DNA of 64,000 bases, taken from NCBI GenBank assembly GCA_016936595.1, contig JAFGXO010000171.1:1584-65583 (forward strand), given 5' to 3'. The translations under genes and the position numbers were made by a program. How positions within the stretch are numbered: the stretch's first letter is position 1; every line of letters starts with the position of its first letter. Shown piece by piece: positions 48,967-59,643 of the stretch. The notes under the pieces were generated by a model, which did no database searches, was not told where the DNA came from, and worked only from the letters and a program-made list of their open reading frames with translations. Source of the stretch: Bacteroidales bacterium. Lineage in GTDB: Bacteria; Bacteroidota; Bacteroidia; Bacteroidales; JAFGUD01.

Positions 48967-49377
48967 TTAATTATTTTCTTCTTTTTGAATAGTGTCTAAA
49001 TAAATAGTTACGTGATTTGAACGTTTTCGTACTCTAAAAGCTCTACCTTGAGCTCGTGGTTGAATACGTTTTAACGTTTTTGCTTGATCCACGTTTACAG
49101 TTTTAATATACAAATCAGAAACAGAATATTCTGAACCTTGATTTTTTTGCTCCCAATTAGAGATTGCTGAAAGTAGTAATTTTCGAAGTCTTCCAGCAGC
49201 ATCTTTTGGAGAGAATGCAAGAATATTTAAGGCGTCTTCAACTGCTTTTCCTCGTACTAAATCAACAACTAGTCTCATTTTTCGTGGTGAAACGGGGCTA
49301 TTGCGTAGTACAGCATAAGTTGAATTTCCTTTTTGCTCTTTAAGTTTTTCAGCACTTAAGCGTTTTCTTTTTCCCAT
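48967..49377 (-). CDS. rplV: 50S ribosomal protein L22
   Basis: VSPRKMRLVVDLVRGKAVEDALNIL... Confidence 0.97.
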   Translation of the reverse strand: MGKRKRLSAEKLKEQKGNSTYAVLRNSPVSPRKMRLVVDLVRGKAVEDALNILAFSPKDAAGRLRKLLLSAISNWEQKNQGSEYSVSDLYIKTVNVDQAKTLKRIQPRAQGRAFRVRKRSNHVTIYLDTIQKEENN

Positions 49378-49415
49378 TGTCTTATATTTTAATAAGCTTT
49401 TATGCTTTTAAATTT

Positions 49416-49691
49416 TTACTTCTTTTTCTTTTTCTTATCAGCGTGCCCGCGATATGTTCTTGTGGGCGCAAATTCACCTAATTTGTGTCCAACCATGTTT
49501 TCTGTAACATAAACAGGGATAAATCTGTTTCCATTATGAACTGCTAATGTATGCCCAACAAAATCAGGAATTATCATTGAGCTTCGTGACCAGGTTTTAA
49601 TGGTTTGTTTTTTCCCTGAATCATTCATCAGACTTATTCTCTTCCAAAGTTTGTGATGTACAAATGGACCTTTTTTTAATGAGCGACTCAT
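49416..49691 (-). CDS. rpsS: 30S ribosomal protein S19
   Basis: [15 protein letters not shown]... Confidence 0.97.
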   Translation of the reverse strand: MSRSLKKGPFVHHKLWKRISLMNDSGKKQTIKTWSRSSMIIPDFVGHTLAVHNGNRFIPVYVTENMVGHKLGEFAPTRTYRGHADKKKKKK

Positions 49692-49716
49692 ATTATAAAA
49701 TTTTCTTAATTATTAA

Positions 49717-50556
49717 TTATTTTTTTCTCTTTCGTGATCTGGCACGTTCTAAAATAAATTTATTAGAGATTTTTTTAGGTGAACGTGTAGGCATACCTTT
49801 TGCGTAAAGTCCATTTCTTGAACGTGGGTGTCCTCCGGATGATCTTCCTTCTCCTCCGCCCATTGGGTGATCTACAGGGTTCATTGCAACACCTCTTACT
49901 CTTGGTCTGCGTCCTAACCATCTTCTGCGTCCGGCTTTACCGTGTTTAACGTTTTTATGATCAGAATTTGAGACATAACCTATGGTTGCTTTGCAGGTAA
50001 CCAAAATTTTTCTTGTTTCACCTGATGGTAACTTAACAATTGCATATTTACCTTCGCGTGCAACTAGTTGAACATAAGTTCCGGCACTACGAGCCATTAT
50101 TCCGCCCTTGCCTGGATATAATTCAACGTTATGTACTATTGTACCTAAAGGAATATCTGATAAAAATAGTGTATTTCCAATTTCAGGAGAAACACCTTTT
50201 CCTGACATAACTTCTTGCCCTACTTCTATACCACGAGGAGCCAAAATGTATCTTTTCTCTCCGTCTTTGTAAAAAAGTAATGCAATTCTTGCGCTTCTGT
50301 TTGGATCGTATTCTATAGCGTTAACTATTGCAGGAATACCATCTTTGTTGCGTTTGAAATCGATAAGTCTGTATTTTTTCTTGTGACCACCACCAATATT
50401 TCTGGTAGTCATACGCCCATCACTGTTGCGTCCTCCACTTCTTGTTTTTGAAGTAGTTAAGCTCTTTTCGGGCGATGTTTTAGTTATATTATCGAATACT
50501 GGAGCAATTTTTCCTCTTTGTCCCGGTGTAGTGGGTTTTATTTTCTTTACAGCCAT
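49717..50556 (-). CDS. rplB: 50S ribosomal protein L2
   Basis: [16 protein letters not shown]...[15 protein letters not shown]. Confidence 0.98.
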   Translation of the reverse strand: MAVKKIKPTTPGQRGKIAPVFDNITKTSPEKSLTTSKTRSGGRNSDGRMTTRNIGGGHKKKYRLIDFKRNKDGIPAIVNAIEYDPNRSARIALLFYKDGEKRYILAPRGIEVGQEVMSGKGVSPEIGNTLFLSDIPLGTIVHNVELYPGKGGIMARSAGTYVQLVAREGKYAIVKLPSGETRKILVTCKATIGYVSNSDHKNVKHGKAGRRRWLGRRPRVRGVAMNPVDHPMGGGEGRSSGGHPRSRNGLYAKGMPTRSPKKISNKFILERARSRKRKK

Positions 50557-50574
50557 TGTTAATAATTTTCTGAA

Positions 50575-50859
50575 TTAGTTGTTGAAAATATCAATTTTAT
50601 CTCCCTCAGCTAAAGTGACATAAGCTTTTTTAAACGAACGTTTTTTCCCTTTTACAAGACCGGTTTTTGTGAAACGTTCTTTTCTTTTACCTGCGTATAT
50701 TACTGTGTTAACGTTGGTCACTTTAACATCATATAATTTTTCTACTGCACCTTTAACCTGAATTTTGTTTGCATTTTTATGAACAAAAAATAAGTATTGA
50801 TTTAGCTTTTGTAGTTCCGCAGATTTTTCTGTATTTACCGGTTTTAATAAAATGTCCAT
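50575..50859 (-). CDS. rplW: 50S ribosomal protein L23
   Basis: 94 aa; LLKPVNTEKS...VKGAVEKLYDVKV. Confidence 0.96.
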   Translation of the reverse strand: MDILLKPVNTEKSAELQKLNQYLFFVHKNANKIQVKGAVEKLYDVKVTNVNTVIYAGKRKERFTKTGLVKGKKRSFKKAYVTLAEGDKIDIFNN

Positions 50860-50910
50860 CTTTGACAGTTTTTTTTTAATTACAATAATAAGATGTTTAA
50901 CAACAAATCA

Positions 50911-51534
50911 CTATAGAATACTATTTAAAAATTCAACTGATCCTTCCGAAAGCACTAAAGATTTATTGTTTAAAATCTTGTAAGTGTTTAATTCATTGAC
51001 AGTTATAACGCTTGTATTCTGTAAGTTACGCGACGACAAATATACGTTAATATTTGTATTTTTAAAAACAAATACCGATTTTTTATCGTTAATTTTCAGA
51101 TTTTCTTTAAGTTTTAGCATTTCCTTAGTTTTGGGAGCGCTAAAATCAAAATCTTCAATTATAATTATTTCGTTGTTATTGAATTTAGTTGATAGTGCAG
51201 AACGACGTGCTAATTGCTTAACTTTTTTGTTTATTTTAGAATCATAAGTACGTGGTCTTGGGCCAAAAACTCTTCCTCCGCCTCTAAAGAGTGGATTTTT
51301 TATACTACCAACTCTGGCAGCTCCGCTTCCTTTTTGACGTCTAAGTTTTTTTGTACTTCCGGCAATTTCACCTCTTTCTTTCGATTTATGCGTTCCTTGA
51401 CGTTTATTCGCTAAGTGTTGTTTTACGTCTAAGTAAATCGCATGCTCATTAGGCTCGATATTAAATATTGAATCTTTCAATTCAATAGTACGGCCTGTCT
51501 CTTGTCCTTGTGCATTTAAAACTTTAACTTCCAT
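50911..51534 (-). CDS. rplD: 50S ribosomal protein L4
   Basis: 207 aa; RQGTHKSKERGEIAGSTKKLRRQKGSGAARVGS. Its start overlaps the rplC stop (TAATG). Confidence 0.97.
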   Translation of the reverse strand: MEVKVLNAQGQETGRTIELKDSIFNIEPNEHAIYLDVKQHLANKRQGTHKSKERGEIAGSTKKLRRQKGSGAARVGSIKNPLFRGGGRVFGPRPRTYDSKINKKVKQLARRSALSTKFNNNEIIIIEDFDFSAPKTKEMLKLKENLKINDKKSVFVFKNTNINVYLSSRNLQNTSVITVNELNTYKILNNKSLVLSEGSVEFLNSIL

Positions 51535-52151
51535 TACTTTTCGATTATTAAATATGAACCTTTATATCCCGGCACTGCGCCTTTAACAAGAAGCAAATTA
51601 TCTTCTGGAATAATTTTAATTACTCTAAGGTTTTGAATTTTAACTTTTTGGTTACCGGTTCTTCCGGCCATTCGCATTCCCTTAAATACTCTAGATGGAT
51701 CAGAAGATGCTCCGATAGATCCAGGTGCTCTTAAACGGTTGTGCTGTCCGTGGGTACTTTGTCCTACTCCGGCAAAACCATGTCTTTTTACTACGCCTTG
51801 AAAACCTTTTCCTTTCGATAGACCTGTTACATCTAACCAAGTATCGCCTTCAAATAAGTCAACAGTGATTACTGAACCTAAGTTTAGTTCTTCAAATTTA
51901 CCTCTGAATTCTACAATCTTACGTTTAGGAGTTGTTCCTGCTTTTTTAAAGTGTCCTAATTCAGCTTTAGTTGAATTTTTCTCTTTTTTGTCGTCGTAAG
52001 CTATTTGGATAGCATCATATCCGTCGATATCTGAAGTTTTAACTTGAGTAACAACGCAAGGCCCGGCTTGGATGATTGTACATGGAATATTTTTTCCTTG
52101 CTCATCGTAAATAGAGGTCATTCCTATTTTCTTTCCTATTAATCCTGGCAT
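51534..52151 (-). CDS. rplC: 50S ribosomal protein L3
   Basis: [32 protein letters not shown]... Confidence 0.97.
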   Translation of the reverse strand: MPGLIGKKIGMTSIYDEQGKNIPCTIIQAGPCVVTQVKTSDIDGYDAIQIAYDDKKEKNSTKAELGHFKKAGTTPKRKIVEFRGKFEELNLGSVITVDLFEGDTWLDVTGLSKGKGFQGVVKRHGFAGVGQSTHGQHNRLRAPGSIGASSDPSRVFKGMRMAGRTGNQKVKIQNLRVIKIIPEDNLLLVKGAVPGYKGSYLIIEK

Positions 52152-52189
52152 TTTATCTGTGTTTGGTTAATAATTAAATAAATTAGAAC

Positions 52190-52495
52190 TTAAATTTTAA
52201 TTTCTACATCAACACCGCTTGGTAGTTCCATGTTTCCCAATGCGTCTATTGTTTTACCTGTAGCATTGTAAATATCGATAACTCTTTTATGAGTTGACAA
52301 TTGAAACTGTTCTCTAGCTTCTTTATTTACAAATGTTGAACGGTTAACTGTAAAAATTCGTTTGTGTGTTGGTAAAGGTATAGGACCTCTGATAAAAGCT
52401 CCAGTATTTTTTACCGTCTTAACGATCTTTTGTGCCGAATTATCAACCAAATTGTGATCGTATGATTTTAACTTTATTCTGATCTTTTGGGTCAT
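52190..52495 (-). CDS. rpsJ: 30S ribosomal protein S10
   Basis: [25 protein letters not shown]... Confidence 0.97.
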   Translation of the reverse strand: MTQKIRIKLKSYDHNLVDNSAQKIVKTVKNTGAFIRGPIPLPTHKRIFTVNRSTFVNKEAREQFQLSTHKRVIDIYNATGKTIDALGNMELPSGVDVEIKI

Positions 52496-52532
52496 AAGGT
52501 CAAAAAATTTAAATGTTTTTCTTAATAACTTT

Positions 52533-54641
52533 TTAATTCATAAAATAAATTCGACCAGTAACTGTATCGATTATCTTCTGTTGTATTTCATTAGGAACAT
52601 GTTCAAAGTGAATAAATTCCATTGATGAATTTGCTCTTCCGGAGGACATGCTGCGTAATTGAGTAATATATCCAAAAGTTTCGGATAGAGGCACTAAACC
52701 ATAAATTACTCTTAATCCGTTTTTTACATCGGATTTTGTTACATTTCCTCTTCTCTTATTTAAATCAGAAACTACATCTCCGTAGTATTCATCAGGAGTA
52801 GTGATTTCGATTTTCATAATAGGTTCAAGTAAAACGGGTGCTGCATTTTTTGTTGCATTTATTAATGCTTGACGTGCTGCTATTTCAAAAGCTAATGCGT
52901 CGGAATCAACCGAGTGTGTTGCTCCATCAATAAGTTCTACTTTTAAACTGTTAATTTTATATCCAACAAGCGGTCCATTGCTCATTGCGGATGTTAATCC
53001 TTTTTCTATTGCAGGGATAAATTCTTTAGGAATTGCTCCTCCTCTAATTTTATTTTCAAAAACTAAACCTTTAAACTCGTCATCTTTGCAAGGACTAATT
53101 CTAATAGTTAAATCTGCAAACTTACCTTTTCCTCCGGTTTGTTGTTTGAATATTTCGTGATGTTCAATAGTTTTTGTTATTGCTTCTTTATATGTAACTG
53201 TAGGTTTTCCTTGATTACAAACGACCTTAAATTCATTAATTAAGCGATCAGCAAGAATATCGAGATGCAATTCGCCCATTCCACTCATGATTGTTTGGCC
53301 TGTTTCTTCGTTTATTTGTATTTGTAAACTTGGGTCTTCGTCTTCTAATTTTCTAAGAGCACTTACAAGTTTTTCGGTATCGGCTTGTGTTTTTGCTTCA
53401 ACAGCAACACTAATAACAGGTTCGGGGAAAATAATATTTTCTAAAGCAATTGGGTGAGAATTATCGGATAAAGTATCACCGGTTTTGATGTCTTTAAAAC
53501 CAACAATTGCTCCAATATCTCCAGCTTTTAATTCATCAACCAAAGTTTGTTTGTTTGCATGCATTCTGTATAAGTTTGCTATCCGTTCTTTTTTATCAGT
53601 ACGAGAATTATAAACTATACTTCCGCTTTTAAGAATTCCGGAATAAACGCGAACATAAGCTAAACTTCCAACAAAAGGATTATTAGCTATTTTAAAAACA
53701 AGTGAAGAAAGAGGTTTATTAAAATCTGTTTCTCTTGTTTCTTCTTTTTGGTTGTGAGGGTTAATACCTGTAACGGCATTAACATCTATTGGGCTTGGGA
53801 GGTATTGTGTAACGGCATCAATTAAGGGTTGAACACCTTTATTTTTAAGAGAAGAGCCACATAAAACAGGTGTAAGTTTAAGATTTAGAGTGAGTTTACG
53901 AAGTAAAACATTTATCTCTTCAACTGATAAATTTTGAGGAGAATCTAAATATTTTTCCATAAACTGATCGTCAAAATCAGATAGTTTATCAAATAATTTT
54001 TCTCTCCATTCTTGTGCTTCTTCTAAATATTTTTTAGGAATATCATTTGCAAAAAATTTAATTCCTTCGTCGTTATCCCAAGTAATAGCTTTAAAAGTAA
54101 TTAGATCAATAATTCCTTCAAATTCATCTTCGAGCCCCATTGGAATTTGAATAACAACAGGATTAGTTTTAAGTTTATCTTCAATTTCTGCAACAACACC
54201 AAAAAAATCGGCACCAATTCTATCGAGTTTATTAACAAATGCTAATCGAGGAACTTTGTATTTATCAGCTTGTCTCCAAACAGTTTCAGATTGAGGTTCA
54301 ACACCTCCCACGCCACAAAAAACAGCAACTGCTCCGTCTAATACACGAAGCGAGCGCTCAACTTCAACTGTGAAGTCAACGTGTCCGGGGGTATCAATTA
54401 TGTTAATTTGAAATATTTGTTTATTGTAATTCCAATAAATGGTGGTAGCAGCAGATGTGATAGTTATACCTCTTTCTTGCTCTTGTTTCATCCAATCCAT
54501 AGTGGCAGCACCTTCGTGAACTTCGCCCATTTTGTGTATAATGCCCGAGTAGAACAAAATACGCTCAGTGGTTGTAGTTTTTCCGGCATCAATGTGCGCC
54601 ATTATGCCAATGTTTCTGATATGTTTTAAAGTGTCAATCAT
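52533..54641 (-). CDS. fusA: Translation elongation factor G
   Basis: 702 aa; [40 protein letters not shown]-motifs. Confidence 0.98.
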   Translation of the reverse strand: MIDTLKHIRNIGIMAHIDAGKTTTTERILFYSGIIHKMGEVHEGAATMDWMKQEQERGITITSAATTIYWNYNKQIFQINIIDTPGHVDFTVEVERSLRVLDGAVAVFCGVGGVEPQSETVWRQADKYKVPRLAFVNKLDRIGADFFGVVAEIEDKLKTNPVVIQIPMGLEDEFEGIIDLITFKAITWDNDEGIKFFANDIPKKYLEEAQEWREKLFDKLSDFDDQFMEKYLDSPQNLSVEEINVLLRKLTLNLKLTPVLCGSSLKNKGVQPLIDAVTQYLPSPIDVNAVTGINPHNQKEETRETDFNKPLSSLVFKIANNPFVGSLAYVRVYSGILKSGSIVYNSRTDKKERIANLYRMHANKQTLVDELKAGDIGAIVGFKDIKTGDTLSDNSHPIALENIIFPEPVISVAVEAKTQADTEKLVSALRKLEDEDPSLQIQINEETGQTIMSGMGELHLDILADRLINEFKVVCNQGKPTVTYKEAITKTIEHHEIFKQQTGGKGKFADLTIRISPCKDDEFKGLVFENKIRGGAIPKEFIPAIEKGLTSAMSNGPLVGYKINSLKVELIDGATHSVDSDALAFEIAARQALINATKNAAPVLLEPIMKIEITTPDEYYGDVVSDLNKRRGNVTKSDVKNGLRVIYGLVPLSETFGYITQLRSMSSGRANSSMEFIHFEHVPNEIQQKIIDTVTGRIYFMN

Positions 54642-54715
54642 AGCTCTTGGACCATCGGATTGAATGAATTTTGAATATTAATAAATCTAAATTATTTAAA
54701 GAACATCGAATGAAA

Positions 54716-55192
54716 TTACATTCTAAAGTGGGCAAAAGCTTTATTTGCATCTGCCATTCTGTGAATTTCTTCTTTTCTTTTAAAAGCTCCTCCTTCTTCG
54801 TTGTAAGCTGCAATAATTTCTTCCGCTAATCTTTGAGCCATTTCTTTTCCTCTTCTTTTTCGTGCGAACGAAATCATATTTTTCATACTGATAGATAATT
54901 TTCTGTCGGTACGAATTTCCATAGGAACTTGAAAAGTGGCACCACCAATACGGCGGCTTTTAACTTCAACGTTAGGAGTAACGTTTTCAACAGCTTTTTT
55001 CCAAATTTCTAAAGGTGATTTTTCTTCACTACTTAATTTTTCACTTACGATATCAAGCGCGTGGTAAAAAATCTTGAATGATTTATTTTTCTTTCCGTCT
55101 AACATCAAATTGTTAACGAATTTTGTAACCATTGCGTCGTTAAACTTAGGATCGGGAAGTATATATCTTTTTTTAGGTGAACCTTTTCTCAT
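54716..55192 (-). CDS. rpsG: 30S ribosomal protein S7
   Basis: [26 protein letters not shown]... Confidence 0.97.
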   Translation of the reverse strand: MRKGSPKKRYILPDPKFNDAMVTKFVNNLMLDGKKNKSFKIFYHALDIVSEKLSSEEKSPLEIWKKAVENVTPNVEVKSRRIGGATFQVPMEIRTDRKLSISMKNMISFARKRRGKEMAQRLAEEIIAAYNEEGGAFKRKEEIHRMADANKAFAHFRM

Positions 55193-55210
55193 TTTTCAAT
55201 AAATTTTCGA

Positions 55211-55585
55211 TTATTTTTTAGGTTTTTTAGCGCCATACTTAGATCTTTGTTGACGTCTTCCTTCAACGCCGTCGGAGTCTAAAGTTCCACGAACGATGTG
55301 ATATCTTACACCGGGTAAATCTTTTACTCTTCCTCCACGTACAAGAACTATTGAGTGTTCCTGCAAGTTGTGACCTTCACCTGGAATGTATGCATTTACT
55401 TCTTTTCCGTTAGTTAATCTAACACGGGCAACCTTACGCATTGCTGAATTAGGTTTTTTCGGTGTAGTGGTGTAAACTCTTACACATACACCTCTTCTTT
55501 GGGGACAACTATCTAATGCCGGAGATTTACTCTTCTTCGTAAGTTGCTTACGTCCCTTTCTAATAAGTTGTTGTATAGTTGGCAT
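55211..55585 (-). CDS. rpsL: 30S ribosomal protein S12
   Basis: [15 protein letters not shown]...[22 protein letters not shown]. Confidence 0.98.
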   Translation of the reverse strand: MPTIQQLIRKGRKQLTKKSKSPALDSCPQRRGVCVRVYTTTPKKPNSAMRKVARVRLTNGKEVNAYIPGEGHNLQEHSIVLVRGGRVKDLPGVRYHIVRGTLDSDGVEGRRQQRSKYGAKKPKK

Positions 55586-55642
55586 AAATCAAATAATGAT
55601 TTTGAAGTTTGGTTAATAAATTAACGTATTCTTTTTCGGACT

Positions 55643-55674
55643 GCAAAAGTAGGTCTTTAATTTATGTAATGCAA
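55643..55674 (-). promoter_or_regulatory. Candidate Bacteroidota sigma-A promoter for the rpsL super-operon (-33 TTTG / -7 TAnnTTTG)
   Basis: The reverse strand reads TTTG-cattacataaattaaagacc-TACTTTTG, a 20-nt spacer. The -7 box ends about 57 nt upstream of the rpsL ATG. It matches the published Bacteroides consensus form. No experimental support. Confidence 0.45.
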
Positions 55675-55820
55675 ATTTTTCTTGCTATTTTTTTTAAGTA
55701 ATGTTGAAAACTTAATTTATTTTACTGATTTTCAATCACTTAAACAAAAAAATATTTTTTTCAAAAAAAATATCCTGTCTAAACAAGCTTTTACAAATCT
55801 GCATACAATATAATATTGTT

Positions 55821-56336
55821 TTATGTGAAAATTAGTTTAAGTCTTTTTTCATCAATTTTTTCGATATTGATTTTAGTGTTGTATTTTTCGCCTATTTGAG
55901 ATAGTATATTTTTAGCTAATTCAATTAATCCACGTGAGGAGATATAGGTTAAAATTAATTCGTTTTCATTTATCCAATCAAATTCAAAAACAGGAGGTGT
56001 TGCATTTAGCACGCTTTCGGTCATAAAATCGTGAATAGAAGGAATATTTTTTATAAATTCACGGGCTGATGAAAACTGAAAAGAGGGGTAAACCTCAGAA
56101 ATATATGAAAAGATCCAATATTTTGCATATTCAGATAATAGATCATCTTTGGATATATTTAGTACTTGGGCTGAATTTTTTAAAATGCCCATAACTTTAT
56201 CATCAGAAACATCATCTCTTATTAAAAAAACATGATCTTTTTCAAAGCCTGTTCTATAAAGAATTTCTTCCCATTTTTCAACTCCATAAGTTGAGATAAT
56301 CATTCTTTCGGCGGCTTTAACAATGGTTCCTTTCAT
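55821..56336 (-). CDS. Stand-alone H-NOX (haem NO/O2-binding, HNOB) domain protein
   Basis: 171 aa. The N-terminus MKGTIVKAAERMIISTYGVEKWEEIL fits the HNOB opening. Proximal His102 is in PSIHDF (codon 56031-56033), Pro114/115 is in ATPP, and the YxSxR haem-propionate motif is Y131-I-S133-S-R135. Confidence 0.85.
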   Translation of the reverse strand: MKGTIVKAAERMIISTYGVEKWEEILYRTGFEKDHVFLIRDDVSDDKVMGILKNSAQVLNISKDDLLSEYAKYWIFSYISEVYPSFQFSSAREFIKNIPSIHDFMTESVLNATPPVFEFDWINENELILTYISSRGLIELAKNILSQIGEKYNTKINIEKIDEKRLKLIFT

Positions 56337-56339
56337 AGC

Positions 56340-59333
56340 TTAATTATTCATATTTTTTAGTTCTTGAATTTGTTTTTTAAGAATATAAATTTCTGCATCT
56401 TTTTGTTCAAGTAATACATCTAATTTTTCTAATTTTGTTCTAAATTCACGTGCTTTATGTTTATTTTTTTCTGCTTCTGCTTTGTATTGTTTATCTTTAG
56501 AAATTAATTGATTTCGCAAAGTTAAATCCTGAATTAAAGCGTATAAAAACAATTCATCTTTTTGAGTAAATGAAACCAAAGTAACATTTGCAGGGAATTC
56601 GGTTCCGTTACTTTTTTTATGCACCCATTCAAATGAATTAAAACCTTTTTCGATGGCGATATTAATCATTTCTGCAACTTTTTTCATTGAATTTTGACCA
56701 TCGGGCTGAAGTTCAGGAGATACAAATGATGGGGATATTCCAATAAATTCGTCTTTACTTTCAAACTCAAATAGTTCTAAAGTGGCATTGTTACAATCAA
56801 TAAAATTGCCGTTTTTAATTACTTGAATTGAATCAGAAGAATGCTCAAAAAGAAATTTAAATTGTTCGGCTTGATATTCGGCTCTTTTAACCAATTCTTC
56901 ATTTTTTTTGAGTTGCAAATTATTTCTTTCAAGTGATTTTTTTAAAACATCTTCAGAAGCATGAATTTTTTGGGATAATTCCTGAGCAGCTTTTTTCTCT
57001 TTAAGAGCTAAATCAGAAACAGATTGTAATTCATTTATTTTTTTAAGAATTTCTTGTTCTTTAATTTGAAGTTCATTTGTTTGAGTAAGTAATTCTTCTT
57101 GCATTTCAATTTGTTCGGTAATTTCAATAATTATGCTTATAAACTTAATTACCTCACCTGTTTTATCAGTAAAAGGCACAATATACAGCTTGAACCAGAA
57201 TATTTTATTTGTTTTAACAAATTTTAATTGATGTTGAGTTTCTTTGCCTTCAATTAAATCTTGCCATAAATTTAAATCAGCCAGCCTACTTTCTTCATTG
57301 TAATCAAATTCAGATATATGATGTCCAATAATGTCGTTGCTTTCCATCTCAAAAGTTTTATTTAATCTTTCGGGAACCGACACAATGTTACCATCAACAT
57401 CTAACTCAATAATAAATGCGGCTTTATTAATTGCAGAAAGCAGGTTATTAAGCTCAGATTCTCTCTGAGTTGCTCTTTCTTGAGTTGCCTGAAGCTCTTC
57501 AAGGTTTTGCCTTAACTCTTCTTCTTTAAGAGACCGTTGTTCGGCTTCAATTTTTGCCGAATCAAGAAGCTTAACAGTTCGTTGATTTATTTTTGCAATA
57601 GAGATAGTTGAAGCAATTGATTCGGCAATTTTTTCAACAAATACTATTTGATGTTTTTCTAACTTATTAAAAGAAGCAAGCTCGATAACACCCAAAACAT
57701 TTTCTTCAAACTTAAGCGGAACAATAAGCAAACTTCGAGGATTAGCACCACCCAAGCCTGAAGTAATACTGATATAATCTTCGGGTATTTCGGTCATGTA
57801 AATTGTTGCCTTTTCAACAGCACAAGTTCCAATTAACCCTTCTCCCATTAAAAATTCTTTTCTCTTTTTCCTTTCTTTACTATAAGCATAAGAAGCAATT
57901 AATTCAATAATTTTATCTTTATGTTCATCATTTATAATAAACATTCCTCCTTGATTTGCTTCTAAATAATTAACTAAGTCTTTAATAATAAGAGAAGCTA
58001 ATTCAGAAATATCTTTTGTTGATTGACGCAAAACATCTGAGAATTTAGCAATACCGGTATTAACCCACTCTCTAATTTTATCCTCTTCTTTTCTTTTTAC
58101 ATCTTCAATTTGGGCATTTTTCAAATTATCTCTTAAAAGAATAAGAGCATTACCCAGTTCATCTTGGTCGCTAACAGGCGAATAATTATATTTAAAATTA
58201 CCATTACCAATTTCAGAAGCAAACACGGAGGCATCTTTGAGCGATTTTACAACCAGACCAATAGTGTCGGACATTTGTACTAATTCGGAAAAATATTTAG
58301 GCTCAAAAACAAAATCGGGTATTCTACCAGTTTTAAGAGGTTCAATAAATTCTTTCAATTCCTGAATTCTACGAAATAAAATTCGAGGAAGGAAAATATT
58401 AATAAGCATAAAAAACAAGAAAAAAGAAACAGCGAGATATAAAATAAACTTTTTAGTTTCAACTCTTTTTGATGTAACATCTTGAACGATATAATTTACT
58501 GAAGTAATAAATGCGTCTTCAAAAGAATTATTTATATCACTCCATTGCATCATTAAATTGGCTTGGTCGTTCAAAAAGAGTTTTCTGTCGATATTAACTA
58601 ATTTACTGAAAGATTGTTTATAATCATTTACACTTGAAATAAATTCGCTAGAGATGTTATTTGAAACAGGAATAAATTGAGTTGTGTCGATAACACCTGT
58701 ATCTCTAACGATTTGTTGTTGGCGAACGTATGAATTAAGGTACGTAAAATAATCTAAATATTCTTCGTAGCTGTCAAAATTTGGAGAATTAAGATAAGCT
58801 AAGAAATTATTGTTCATTGAATTGAGATAGCGTAGAATTTGTGGATCATTAGTGGAGCTTATTGCAGTTTGATAAAAAGAGAAACAGTTGCCAATTATTC
58901 CGGTTTTTTTAGACCCCCGAAGGAACAGATTATGAGAGATTTGGAAAAAAACATCTTTAATTTGTTCAATATTTTCGGTGTAAAGTTGAATATCATCACC
59001 TAACTCCAATTTTTCGGTAAGCTCCAAGGCTTTTAAAGAATCCATGGTTAATTTTGCATCAGAAAGGATAATTTCTTGTCTTTTAAGGAATTTACTTTGT
59101 TCGGTTTGAAAAAAAACAGGATCGTTTTCGTAATGAATTAAGAAATCTTTTTGGGCTTGCTGTGCTTTAGTCCATTTCAAATAGGCTTTTCTAAATGAAC
59201 TTGAATAATCGATATAATTATATGTTTTTGATACGTCGTCAACGAGTCCGATGAACACTATTAGAAAAAAAACTGACGTAATAGTTAATATAAGAATAAG
59301 AAATAGACGAATACTTATTTTTTTCATGAGCAT
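56340..59333 (-). CDS. Membrane multi-sensor protein: TM, ~270-aa extracytoplasmic domain, TM, HAMP, GAF, coiled coil, PAS, coiled coil, PAS, coiled coil; no recognisable output domain
   Basis: 997 aa. TM1 is LFLILILTITSVFFLIVFIGL and TM2 is FILYLAVSFFLFFMLINIFL. The HAMP-like segment follows. The GAF region is LANQGGMFIIND...GEGLIGTCAVEKATIYM...LIVPLKFEENVLGVIELAS. Two PAS-like segments are present (FIIELDVDGNIVSV... and FKFLFEHSSDSIQVI...FEWVHKKSNGTEFPANV). I found no H-box/HATPase, GGDEF/EAL, MCP or HTH motif. Its stop lies 3 nt before the H-NOX start. Confidence 0.8.
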   Translation of the reverse strand: MLMKKISIRLFLILILTITSVFFLIVFIGLVDDVSKTYNYIDYSSSFRKAYLKWTKAQQAQKDFLIHYENDPVFFQTEQSKFLKRQEIILSDAKLTMDSLKALELTEKLELGDDIQLYTENIEQIKDVFFQISHNLFLRGSKKTGIIGNCFSFYQTAISSTNDPQILRYLNSMNNNFLAYLNSPNFDSYEEYLDYFTYLNSYVRQQQIVRDTGVIDTTQFIPVSNNISSEFISSVNDYKQSFSKLVNIDRKLFLNDQANLMMQWSDINNSFEDAFITSVNYIVQDVTSKRVETKKFILYLAVSFFLFFMLINIFLPRILFRRIQELKEFIEPLKTGRIPDFVFEPKYFSELVQMSDTIGLVVKSLKDASVFASEIGNGNFKYNYSPVSDQDELGNALILLRDNLKNAQIEDVKRKEEDKIREWVNTGIAKFSDVLRQSTKDISELASLIIKDLVNYLEANQGGMFIINDEHKDKIIELIASYAYSKERKKRKEFLMGEGLIGTCAVEKATIYMTEIPEDYISITSGLGGANPRSLLIVPLKFEENVLGVIELASFNKLEKHQIVFVEKIAESIASTISIAKINQRTVKLLDSAKIEAEQRSLKEEELRQNLEELQATQERATQRESELNNLLSAINKAAFIIELDVDGNIVSVPERLNKTFEMESNDIIGHHISEFDYNEESRLADLNLWQDLIEGKETQHQLKFVKTNKIFWFKLYIVPFTDKTGEVIKFISIIIEITEQIEMQEELLTQTNELQIKEQEILKKINELQSVSDLALKEKKAAQELSQKIHASEDVLKKSLERNNLQLKKNEELVKRAEYQAEQFKFLFEHSSDSIQVIKNGNFIDCNNATLELFEFESKDEFIGISPSFVSPELQPDGQNSMKKVAEMINIAIEKGFNSFEWVHKKSNGTEFPANVTLVSFTQKDELFLYALIQDLTLRNQLISKDKQYKAEAEKNKHKAREFRTKLEKLDVLLEQKDAEIYILKKQIQELKNMNN

Positions 59334-59643
59334 ACTATTTTATTAATACAAAATAAGAGAAACAAAACACATCTATTTAAAAATAATTTTAAAAGTCTTT
59401 GTTCAAAAAAATGATATTTTGACAAATTTATAAATTTTTATTTTAAATAAAAAAGGTAAAAAAAAGGCAGATACAAATATTTTGTTCCACAAGCATTAAT
59501 ATTCAATTAATCAACACATTACAAGTATTGTGATTATCTAAAAAAAAAAGAATAAAAAGTATGTACAGCAATATATTTTTCGATTTTTTCGATTTTTTTG
59601 ATATTATTGCCAAATATAAAACTTATCAGTAAAAATTTCAGTT

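Noticed and set aside
59334-59643. Glycine riboswitch upstream of the AGCS symporter
   Set aside because: The 310-bp leader is almost pure A/T. It has no GC-rich conserved cores or paired helices of the type expected for a glycine riboswitch.
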